Shown here: piece by piece, positions 1 through 9,483 of the stretch
Position numbering within the stretch: the first letter of the stretch is position 1
Layout: each line of letters starts with the position of its first letter
Assembly (NCBI GenBank): GCA_964035545.1
Contig: CAXIUT010000057.1
Coordinates: forward strand, 366,928 to 390,952
Direction of reading: 5' to 3'
Source: Bugula neritina
Lineage: Eukaryota > Animalia > Bryozoa
DNA: 24,025 bases
Program-made: the position numbers and the translations under genes
Notes under the pieces: generated by a model
Database searches by the model: none
What the model was told of the DNA's origin: nothing
What the model saw: the letters and a program-made list of their open reading frames with translations, nothing else

Positions 1-70
1 CCCAACCCCAACCCCAACCCCAACCCCAACCCCAACCCCAACCCCAACCCCAACCCCGAACCCCAACCCC
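1..70. repeat. Left telomere, distal tract (CCCCAA)n
   Basis: C4A2 repeats from base 1, with one variant unit CCCCGAA at 54-60. C4A2 is the Tetrahymena-type ciliate telomeric repeat. Confidence 0.97.
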
Positions 71-111
71 TTATTGTTATTGATAAAAATATTGATGATA
101 AAAATATTGAT
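71..111. other. 41-nt non-telomeric insert within the left telomere, containing a 15-nt tandem duplication
   Basis: TTATTGTTAT+TGATAAAAATATTGA (81-95)+TGATAAAAATATTGA (96-110)+T, flanked on both sides by C4A2 tracts in the same orientation. Confidence 0.9.
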
Positions 112-198
112 CCCAACCCCAACCCCAACCCCAACCCCAACCCCAACCCCAACCCCAACCCCAACCCCAACCCCAACCCCAACCCCAACCCCAACCCC
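112..198. repeat. Left telomere, proximal tract (CCCCAA)n, about 14.5 units
   Basis: Uninterrupted C4A2 repeats ending at CCCC 195-198, followed by 45 nt of unique sequence before the first ATG. Confidence 0.97.
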
Positions 199-243
199 TC
201 ACATCCCATAATTATACAAGAAATAAATAATCAAATCTTGAAC

Positions 244-1398
244 ATGTAGAAATTGTTGATATTCTTATTCAAAAAGCATATATCAAGTGACTCCCGTCTT
301 TTCCTCTAGTAACTATCACTCCTACGTCCTCTATCTCTAAGAAACATAAACCTCAACATGTAAGAGATCTACTTAATATCATATCTCCTCTCAAAAAATA
401 TAATAACATACTCCTCATCCCACTTTACCCTCACTCTCAACCACTACATGGTCTTTATCTACTAACGTCTGCATAAAATAAAAATATTTGCTAAAGAACT
501 ACATCCACAGTTTCAAGTCCTTTTAGACAAATATATCTAAAACGATTTTTATCCTGTAGCTTTTCCAAAGAAAACATACTAGTTTCTAAAAGAATAGAAG
601 AACAATCAGTAACAAAAAAAGAAAAATGCTAAACAAGAACCTTTATAACTCAATAAGATAAACTACAGTAAGTTGATATACGAAAGTGATAATAGCATGG
701 ATACATTGAAGGAGGGGTAAATAAAAGTAGCAATCAATATTGAATAGTTGTCTGTTCTTTTAAAATATAGCAAGTATTAGAAAATGATGGGAAAATAGAG
801 AATACAATCATTAATAAAATAATTTAAAATATAATAAAAAACATCCATCTACTATTAAATGTACATCATCTCGAAATAAAACTCTCAAAAAAAAGATATT
901 CTCAATCAAATAATGTAATCATAAGACTATCTTAGATAATAAATCAAGTATTAAAAAATATAAGAATTTATCCTTCACTCCATTAGAAAACATTTCATAC
1001 TCGAATAAAACACATCATAAACTTAAGTCGTCTATAAGTAAAATCGAGAGGATACTTTGAATTGTCTTCTTCTATTCAACTTGATAAAAAAGTATCCACT
1101 AATCAACTAAAAATAGCTCACATCCCATACACTGCTACCAGCAGTTGTGATGAGAAAACATCTCAATATCCTATTACAAGCTGGATTGGTTAATTTCTAT
1201 ATCGAAGGACCAAGGTCGTTAGTCTATAAGATAGTATAAATATAGCAAATAAAAAATAGTCACATCAAAAATATATCAGAAAGCTATCAAAAAATACTCA
1301 TACTCATGGAATCAGACAGCCTTAACAAAGAACAACTACTCAAGTTCTAGTGCATGAAAAACGATCTCGATGATATCTTGCTGCTATTCGAAGAGTGA
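244..1398 (+). CDS. Divergent RNA polymerase III subunit RPC3/C82 (RPC62)-like winged-helix protein, 384 aa, intronless
   Basis: ATG244 to TGA1396-1398 is open when TAR=Glu. N-terminus LIFLFKKHISSDSRLFLEELSLLRPLSLRNI...LISYLLSKNIITY resembles the first WH domain of RPC3. C-terminal LLFNLIKKYPLINEKELTSHTLLPAVVMRKHLNILLQAGLV resembles a WH, and the ending LDDILLLFEE resembles the RPC3 tail. The ORF is solid; the family call is by eye. Confidence 0.6.
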
Positions 1399-1436
1399 TG
1401 TTAAAGATAAAATATTGTAATCAAATACTATTAATA

Positions 1437-1581
1437 AGTATAACTAATTGATAGATATTAAAATAGTATCATTGATTGGTAGATATTATAAATAGTATAA
1501 TAGATAAAATATTATGAATAATGAGTATAACTGATTGATAGATATTATGAATGAGTATTAGTAAGTCAAATATTAACAAAT
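1437..1581. repeat. Degenerate intergenic minisatellite, about 5 units of 28-30 nt
   Basis: Units include AGTATAACTAATTGATAGATATTAAAAT, AGTATCATTGATTGGTAGATATTATAAAT and AGTATAACTGATTGATAGATATTATGAATG, lying between two convergent stop codons (1398 and 1588). Confidence 0.75.
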
Positions 1582-1587
1582 AAGCTA

Positions 1588-2436
1588 TCATATTTTTAGC
1601 TATTAGGGAACTATTTTTTATCCTTTTTAATTTTAGTCTTTTTTGGAATTAGCCAAAACAAATATGTACAGCTTGCCATTTTTTTTCCTTTCCTAGTGAA
1701 GCACCTCAAAGTCAAACTATTTTATCAACTTCTCCCAATTCCTATTCGAAAAGTAGCCTCCCCTTATCAAATTATACCCCCACTTTATATTCTACCAATA
1801 GTGAAATTCCACAATACTGGATATCCCCTCATTCATCAGCATGACCTTCCCTCCCTTTTTGCATACTCTTTGTATAAGATAAAATACCTTCTCATTTCAG
1901 ACAGCGCCTTATGAGGATTCAAGACATACTACAGCCCAAAAGTGTCGATCACGCAATCGAAGCTGTTAGAAGGAAATGGCATCTCCATCACGTCTCCCAC
2001 GATATAGCTGTAATTTATAAAAGGACTGACTTTAGCACTGCCAATACTCGCCATATTGGGACTGAAGTCAATCAAAGTCAACTTGGTTTATGGTTTATAG
2101 TATTTTAAATTTCTATTAGACCCCACACAAGTCTAAAGAACCTATCTCGAGAACAACATACCTTTCCCTCACAAACACCAGCGAGAGTCTACCTGTACTT
2201 ATTGATAGAGAACTGATTGTAACTTCTTTAGTATGAGTCCATGACTGAGTCAATAGAGAAGGCAGCTTCTTGGTTGGTTTAGAAGAGATGGGAACTTAGT
2301 TAATTATTTTAAATAAGTTTTTAGATATCTTTGTTGATTTTGTTGTATTAGAAATACTTCAAATAAGTCAGTCCTCCCAATCCGCATATTCCTATATCCT
2401 ATCATCAATACCCATAAACCCTAAAAATTTGTACAT
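1588..2436 (-). CDS. Class I SAM-dependent methyltransferase (Methyltransf_11, OMS1/METTL7-like) with N-terminal hydrophobic anchor, 262 aa, 3 introns
   Basis: After removing three 20-nt introns (2392-2411, 2142-2161, 1868-1887): MYKFLGFMGICGLGGLTYLKY...GKVLETCVGSNRNLKYY...LTLIDFSPNM...IVGDVMEMPFPSNSFDCVIDTFGLEYVLNPHKALSEMRRVCKKGGKVML, showing motifs I, post-I, II and III. TGA at 1588-1590. Confidence 0.9.
1868..1887 (-). other. 20-nt spliceosomal intron (methyltransferase intron 3)
   Basis: GTATTTTATCTTATACAAAG; removal restores EMRR|VCKKGG. Confidence 0.9.
2142..2161 (-). other. 20-nt spliceosomal intron (methyltransferase intron 2)
   Basis: GTATGTTGTTCTCGAGATAG; removal restores GK|VLETCVG (motif I). 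Confidence 0.9.
2392..2411 (-). other. 20-nt spliceosomal intron (methyltransferase intron 1)
   Basis: GTATTGATGATAGGATATAG; removal joins ATG2436 to the main frame, which otherwise hits a TGA. Confidence 0.85.
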
Positions 2437-2490
2437 CTACGATTATTATATATCTAACACATTTAATATTAACCTTTCCTTTAAAATATC

Positions 2491-2657
2491 CTATTAACAA
2501 CAACAACAAATAAATACCTATTAACAAAATTAAATGAATACCTTACTAACAACAAATAAATAAATACCTATAAACAACAATACATGAATACTTATTAAAC
2601 AATGATAAATAAATACCTATTAACAACAATACATGAATACTTATTAAAGAACAATAC
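2491..2657. repeat. Intergenic minisatellite, 6 full units of 24-27 nt with alternating ~50-nt higher-order structure
   Basis: Plus-strand units include CTATTAACAACAATACATGAATAC and TTATTAAACAATGATAAATAAATAC; units start at 2491, 2518, 2542, 2568, 2592 and 2617, with a partial at 2641. Confidence 0.85.
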
Positions 2658-2771
2658 AAGAGTCTTTTAATTATAAAATATAATTTAATATCCACAGAAA
2701 TCAAACTATAGTAATCTTAATACATCAAAAATAACTAAGTAAATACTCAAAATAGCAAATAACAATTAGTA

Positions 2772-3452
2772 TCACAACTGACTCCAAAGAGTAGACTAGA
2801 TCAGTGCATTAATACTTTCTAGTCTAAAATATTAAGAACCCAAACGAATAATCTCTTGGACCTTAATTCTCCTTTCTTCATTCAAAAACAAAGCCATCCA
2901 CTTCCTATCATACCTCCTCAATACATACTCCTCATTCTTATCCCTCTTTAAGACCAGTCTAGTCCCTCCTACCTTCATCTCCATCTCATCTGACAACTAC
3001 CTAGTATAGGATTATTAGATTTATCCATCAAAGACTTTCCAGACTACCTTTCCAAGACTTTTCATGATAGTGATGAAGCCATCTTCTACTTCAACCATAA
3101 TAGTGTTTTTGCAGTCAGTTAGAGTTATTTTCTTTCTCATTAGAAATACTCCTAGACCCACTCCACAATCTTTAACCATTATACACCCAGATACTATTCT
3201 AATTTTAACTTTGAATTGATTACTAGCTCCTCCCTTCCACTGCTGGTCGCAATCCCCCAAAGTACCAAAACTCAAATATTATTTATCTTTCAGTCTCAAA
3301 TGAAAAGAAGAGTAAGAGTTAGTCAAAGTCAGTCGAGTAAATAACAATGAACTTTGAATCGAGTTGTCAGTCGATGAAGTCAGATGCTTAACACTGTTCT
3401 GCTATAACTAGTCGATTAGCACCTACTGACAGTGACAGTTAATTTGTCCCAT
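2772..3452 (-). CDS. Degenerate FHA-domain-like protein with N-terminal MG..C.C acylation-like motif, 226 aa
   Basis: ATG3452 to TGA2772 is open with TAR=Glu and contains ORF 3021..3275. Starts MGQINCHC. YLSFGTLGDCD...FKVKIRIVSGCIMVKDCGVGLGVFL and QEIIRLGSEYFRL match FHA strand patterns, but the G-R and S-x-x-H phosphothreonine-binding residues are absent. Confidence 0.55.
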
Positions 3453-3590
3453 TTAATTATATTTATTCAAAACCATCAACTCTTAATATCTATTCAGGCT
3501 TTATCTCTATCAATTGGCCAAAACTACTATTTCAGATGTTTATCAAATTGATAAAGTAGTAATTGATATTTTATAATTAGTAGATATCTG

Positions 3591-5064
3591 ATGCTCAATA
3601 ATAATCACCTACTCGTTCTTCTCTCTTGCATATTTATCTCCATCTCCTGCCAAAATGACTAAGACATCATCGATATCAGCAACATCACTGTATTTCCACA
3701 AGACTACAGTCATAATATCAGAGCAGGATATCTCAATGTCACTCCCAACAATCAAGCTCTCTACTACATCTTCTGCTAAAGGTATTTCCTCTTTCATGCA
3801 GTCAAGACAACCCAGACAACGATCCGGTCATTCTCTGGCTGAATGGAGGACCAGGATGCTCTTCACTAACAGGTTTTTTCACGTAAAACGGGCCATTTCT
3901 TTTCAAGTAGAATGACCCTTCAATGATGTATCATAACTAACACGCCTGGAACAAACATGCCAACGTGATATACTTATAAAGTCCAGGAACAGTAGGCTTT
4001 TCAACAGCAACAGACAAATACAAAACTAGTAATGACACTTCAGTAGCAAAAGACAACCTCAAAGCACTGCAAATGTTTTTTGACTATCACAAACACTTCT
4101 CAGGCAATGATTTCTATTTAGCTGGGTAGAGTTATGCAGGCATCTACATACCGAGACTAGCAGAATAAATATTGAATTTCAATGACGGTGCACAAGATAC
4201 AAGGATAAATCTACGAGGAATACTGATAGGAAATGCCTGTACTCATCCCTACTAGTGCTATACAGCTAAATACTATTCAAGATTTAGTACATAATTCTGG
4301 TACACTCGAGGATTCATGGATGACAGCCTCTACAACCAGTATCAAAATACATGTATAAAATCATAAAGTTCAACTAGTTGCATAGCTATTCAAAAAACTA
4401 TCAGTGATAACTTTATCAATACTGGAGCCAATATCTACAACATCTATGCCAAATGCTACAAGCCAATCTACCCTCCTCAATATTAATCAATATTCATCAA
4501 GTACTAGGAAGTGATGAACAAATATCATTAGAAATAACATAGTTTAAAACATCCTTTGAGATGCACTGATGCCATTGGACCACTAACTGTCCTTAATACT
4601 AATTAGTTTAGATCTGCATTCAAAGTCTAAGAATTCAATGATACCCTTTTCTGGACTCCTTGCTCAGATGTATTTCACTAATAATCAAGAAACTCAATTA
4701 TACCATCGAATCTAAAGCTGCCTACTCCACTCTGCCTACTCTAGTAACAGCAGGAATCAAAATATTCTACTTCTCTGGGGATCTAGATGCCATCGTTCCC
4801 ATCCAAGGAACACTCTACTGGTTCGATAAGTATCGTAAAGATCATGGAATGCCCATCAAGAGGAGTTGGAGACCCTGGGTATCTACCAGTCAAAATATAT
4901 CAGGTATGCTATGGGAGCTAGATGCTCTGACTTTGGCGACAGTTAGAGGAGCAGGACATATGGTACCTTCAGACAAACCAGCAGAAGCAGAATAAATACT
5001 AAATGTCTTTCTTGAAAGAACCACCTGGAAATATCCAGACTACTACTTGGAGACTTCAATATGA
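3591..5064 (+). CDS. Serine carboxypeptidase, peptidase family S10, with signal peptide, 477 aa, 2 introns
   Basis: Signal-like [20 protein letters not shown]. Motifs [29 protein letters not shown], catalytic [16 protein letters not shown] and [10 protein letters not shown]. Introns at 3782-3801 and 4670-4689; TGA at 5062-5064. Confidence 0.97.
3782..3801 (+). other. 20-nt spliceosomal intron (carboxypeptidase intron 1)
   Basis: GTATTTCCTCTTTCATGCAG; removal gives YYIFCES|QDNPDNDPV. Confidence 0.92.
4670..4689 (+). other. 20-nt spliceosomal intron (carboxypeptidase intron 2)
   Basis: GTATTTCACTAATAATCAAG; removal joins WTPCSD to KLNYT in the frame carrying GDLD and GAGH. Confidence 0.9.
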
Positions 5065-5145
5065 ATAAACCTATGTGACCATTTTGATTAGTTCATTCAA
5101 TAATAATAAATAAATATCCAACAGAGAGGATGATAGTCGACATTC

Positions 5146-5245
5146 AGTCTAGATAGAGATATTATAAGTCTAGATAGAGATATTATTAAGTTGAGATGCT
5201 AGACATTAAGTTTATATATGAAGTTAGACAGTAGATGTTATTAAA
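5146..5245. repeat. Decaying intergenic tandem repeat, ~21-nt unit
   Basis: AGTCTAGATAGAGATATTAT twice, followed by degenerate copies, between convergent stops at 5064 and 5300. Confidence 0.65.
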
Positions 5246-5299
5246 TTTAAAAGAGATTAATTTTAGATAGATATTAGGTTGAGATAATAATCAAATAAA

Positions 5300-8200
5300 T
5301 CACTGCTGGTAGTACTAATTTTGTATGTTGATGACATCTTTCCGGTGTTTATTATAATTTTTATCTCTATTGATTTTACTACTACTATTGTTTTCCTCTT
5401 ATTTCTTTTTTTATTTATTGATGTCAGATTGATAGTTGATTTTAGCCATTTCTGACGACTTCTTTGTGATATCACTATTAAACACTATTTTGCTTTAAGA
5501 ACTATCAATAGTATTTTTGGACTACAACTCTATAAATAGTTGTTCCAATTATGAAGACTTAGATATCTATCCGGCCAGTAACGTCTTATTTTTTTATTAG
5601 AGATCACCTGTTTTTCTATTATAAAGAACCATAAATAGATTTTAGTGTTTTCTTTTCAAACTGATTCCTTTTTATAGATTTTATCTTTCGACCAAACAAA
5701 CAATCACATGTCTGCCTATATTTTTCCTAATTTCTGTTTCCATGTTGCTGTCGCAGGTGTAGCTTTGCAAGATAAGATGATATTTAACAGCCATAACATT
5801 GAATTTATTTCTTTTATTAAAATGAACCAACAAAACAATCAAATTCTTATTCAGTGACCTCTTTAGCTTATTCAACTCGCCCATATCCCATCGATTCAAC
5901 CTAGTTACAGAATTCACACTTAGTGTCTGATTACTAGTTGAACTCACTGATAACCCAGAATCATACTTTATCTTTTACTATTTAAAAGATGGAACTTATA
6001 GCTAGAATTTAGATAGATATTGAGAGACTTGGGAATTTTATAACTTCCTTATAGATGATACTCTGGTATTTTAAAACAAATTAGTTATCGAATTCAAATT
6101 GATGTCTGTTAGCTTCGGAAGTAGTACCTTCAAGTTGTTGCTTTTAAATACTATCGACATCTGCTACTTCTACACCAGTTAGTTAAATAACTACATTGGC
6201 ACCTATCGCATCATCAATAACAACAAATTACCACCGTCATGTAGCTTCTTCAACTCACTTATACTGCTATACAAAACAGGGTAAATCTTTTAGTTTTGAG
6301 AACAAGCAGCCAACAACTACCTCTTCTGCTGCATCTACAAATTCTGATGATACACGATATTTATTTTAGAATAATCGTCCAGCCGAACCATCTTGCATGA
6401 CTACTTATCAGGCTACTACTACCTATCTCGACTCTATATAGGCAAATTACCTTCAGACATCTTTATACTTGACGCGTTGCTACTCTGATGACCACTCTCG
6501 ATCTTCAACTAGTTTTTATCACCTTAAATTTCTTTCTATTCCGATTTTATCTATTCTTCATGCTAAGATTATTGTATTTTTTAAAGATATGATGACTTTT
6601 TACTATAACTTTTCTTTATATGCATCAAAAAAGGCTCTATCTCACTATACCTAATATACAAATGCTAGCTATCATCCACATACTCATGATTTAAATAAAC
6701 TAGCTTCAACCTTTGATTCTAAACATGATATTTAACCAATTATTGAGGTTACTTTTGAGTCTAACTGACAAAAACAACAACTTGTTTATTAGGATTATCA
6801 TTAATATACTATATTACTTGTTAAATAGTCAACTAAAGAAGCTAGCTTTACTTCTATTGCACAATACTAGATATCTAGCTTTAATCTTTGAGTTTAATGA
6901 AGCTGATTTAAAGCAGACTGTCAAGTATAGTTGATACCATATGATTAACTTGTTTAATTTTATTGATTAATTTAACAACATCAGTTTCAGTATTCAGATT
7001 ACCATCCTAATCAATCCAATTTTAGTCCTCCAAACAAAACCAGCGATATCTATCTCCATATCTAGCACGTAATATATCTATCCATCGATTATTGACTTCA
7101 CTATACACCACCACGCCTATAGAATTCTCAAGTCTACTACTCAGACTCAACTAACTTTGATAATAACTCTAAAATAACTATTTAAATATCTCTGTTTTAG
7201 ATGAATATTTTCTAAACTATCTCATCTGAGGATTCTTCTGCATATAAATAGTAAGATTTAACTATAAAATCTCATCTTCTCCTTGGAATAACCAGTTGCT
7301 TTGACCTTTGTATTTTGTTAGTAAAAACTAAAATAGGTCACTCCAACCTTCGTATCTTATCTTATTATATTAATCATAGCTTTTGTTAAGAATTGTCGAC
7401 AGTTCAGATGTTTTAAAAAATATATTTTTGTTGAAAGTTTGCTATTAAGGGTAGATTGTAGAGACTAATGGAAGAGTTAGAGGACTAAAACCACTAAAAT
7501 CATCATGACTCAATGTATTTACCTGAAAAGAAGGTTTTTCTTTATCTTATTGAACCTATATTTTCGAAAAAGAATTTATCTTTTTATTAATTGTTTGAAT
7601 TGGTTCAGGTTACCAAGAATCAATAGTAAACATCTTTTAGTCAACCAATTGCGGTATCTCAAGGTCAACCAATTGCGGTATATCAAGGTCAAGTATTGAA
7701 GGAGCAAACTGAATAGGCATCTTTTGAACCTAAAATTCAAGAGATTTGAAAGGAGGATAATGATTACAGGCAGCTACAGGATATTAAAAAGGCTTAGATT
7801 ATTGACTACCTATTTTATGCATTATTTGATTAACTGAATTTATATTGAGAGAAATAGGTGAGATTTATACTTATTTTCTTTATATCATTCTAGAACTAAC
7901 TTCTTTTCTTTATATCATTCTAGAATTTACCTCTTTTCTTTATATGTATTGAGGAGTAATCTATTTTCTTTATATGTATTGAGGAGTAACATTTTTTCTT
8001 TCAAGACATCTAGAATTAACCTCATTTCTTTATATGTATTTTGGAGTAATATCTTTTCTTTCAATACATCTAGAATTAACCTCTTTTCTTTATATGTATT
8101 TTGGAGTAATCTCTTTCCTTTATATGTATTGAGGAGTAACAGATCTTCCAGAAGAGATAGTTTTTTGACTACTTCTTTCTTAAAACAAAGACTATCTAAA

Positions 8201-9313
8201 CGAATAATCAGATTCTTATCCAAAAAAACTTCTTAATTATCCAATAATATCAGATGATTGATCAGATATTTCCCATAACTTCCATTTACCTTTTTAATTA
8301 TTAACTAAAGCTCTGAATTTATTTATCTCATTGTGATACTTCCTACATATTATAATTTTATTCGTCTCCTAACTCAATTCATTCTCTGTTCTACTTTGAT
8401 TCTGCAAAGACTCTGTCTGAGGGTAGTAACTCGAACAGCCTCTGCTAGAATAGGATAGATCTTGGGAATATATATCTTTCGTAGTACTATAATAGTTGCT
8501 ATTGAGGAGTTATTTACGTTGTGATACTCTTTGTTTTTTGATCATGATAATAACTTCCTAAAACTGTCTAAAGGAATCCACTTTAAAGTTATTTTTATTG
8601 GTTCTTTTTTGATAGGTTAGCAACATCTTGGATATCATTTACTAACAAATAAAATGGATTTGTTTTTATTCCTATCTTCTAGAACTTGAATTAGTATTGC
8701 TCCAATTCGACAACTACTTCTACAAAATAACAGTCTAATCCTGTCTTTTTATATTTGGTTATTCCTAATTTATTTTGATTGATTTTTGTCTGATGATTTC
8801 TTTTACTCCATCCAAAAAGGCTATATCTTCAGTCCAGTAGCAATATATATACTTTTACTATTTTTTATTGTTCATTTTATTAACCTACCTCAAATAGCAC
8901 TTCCTCTCAACCAATGAAAATACCACCAACTTTAACTAACTTTGAGCACTTAGCTAGTTCTGAACAAAAGAACAACAAGACTACAACAACTAGTAGTCGA
9001 TAATGATGCAATACAAATGACCCTTTCGATATGAGTATTTGAGCAGCTCTCGGTAATTACTAAAAAATACTACATTCTCTCCATAGTATCCCTTCAACTA
9101 CTCTACCTTCAGTCGAGTTGTCTGCTTTTATAACAATTATTCGAAAACCAGTAATGTAGCCATTTTACCCACATCCAAACTATTCATTCTCACCATTGAC
9201 AGTCTACCCTGACCTATTTGACTTCTAGTAGATAAATTAGACCAACTCTGATGCTTCAATAACCTTCCTTTCCTGTCGTTCTGACACTCAGACATCGCGT
9301 ATTCCCAACTCAT
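5300..9313 (-). CDS. Uncharacterised ~1337-aa protein with ~7 degenerate alpha/beta (receiver-like) modules and a central repeat linker; paralog of the adjacent 3008-aa protein
   Basis: One frame with no TGA from ATG9313 to TGA5300-5302; an upstream in-frame ATG at 9415 would give 1371 aa. Includes ORFs 9137..9325 and 5681..5947. Shares blocks with the neighbour, e.g. IIICRKYHNEINKFRALV vs IIICHGYHSEIEKFRALV, LDDYSKINIVY vs LDDYSKVRIVY, and LLLLMMREVP vs LLLLMMKEVP. Confidence 0.85.
7640..7693 (-). repeat. 24-nt in-frame coding duplication (DL[D/E]IPQLV x2)
   Basis: GTCAACCAATTGCGGTAT(C/A)TCAAG repeated on the plus strand. Confidence 0.85.
7871..8140 (-). repeat. Nine tandem 30-nt coding repeats (10-aa unit, e.g. 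ITPQYIERKE / VNSRCIERKD)
   Basis: VTPQYIERKE, ITPKYIERKE, VNSRCIERKD, ITPKYIERNE, VNSRCLERKN, VTPQYIERKE, ITPQYIERKE, VNSRMIERKE, VSSRMIERKE, all in frame in the 5300-9313 gene. Confidence 0.92.
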
Positions 9314-9483
9314 TATTATATTCACAGCGGAAAAACTATAAAACCATTAATAACTACAATAAAAGTATTAGTCAACACAACCACAACTCAACTCGTAATA
9401 TAAAACAACACCCATTAGTATCTATCATATTCAATATTATTTTAGAAATATATATTGTTATAATTAGAGATGATCACAAGGCA

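Noticed and set aside
199-243. Shared ATCTTGAA near both chromosome ends as a breakage or promoter motif
   Set aside because: An 8-mer in AT-rich DNA at different distances from the telomeres; two instances are insufficient.
2272-2281. TAAACCAACC on the minus strand, resembling the start of the Tetrahymena chromosome breakage sequence
   Set aside because: Only a partial match, inside a coding exon and retained in an intact macronuclear chromosome.
3591-5064. Standard ciliate code (TAR=Gln, table 6) or pseudogene interpretation of the in-frame TAA/TAG codons
   Set aside because: TAR falls at conserved Glu positions (GESYAG, ENGPF, LESP; also GETF and EQVSHHPP in the ORP), and all catalytic motifs are intact.
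7871-8140. CRISPR-like appearance of the 30-nt periodic repeats
   Set aside because: There are no unique spacers, the units are contiguous and in frame inside a eukaryotic CDS, and no cas genes are present.
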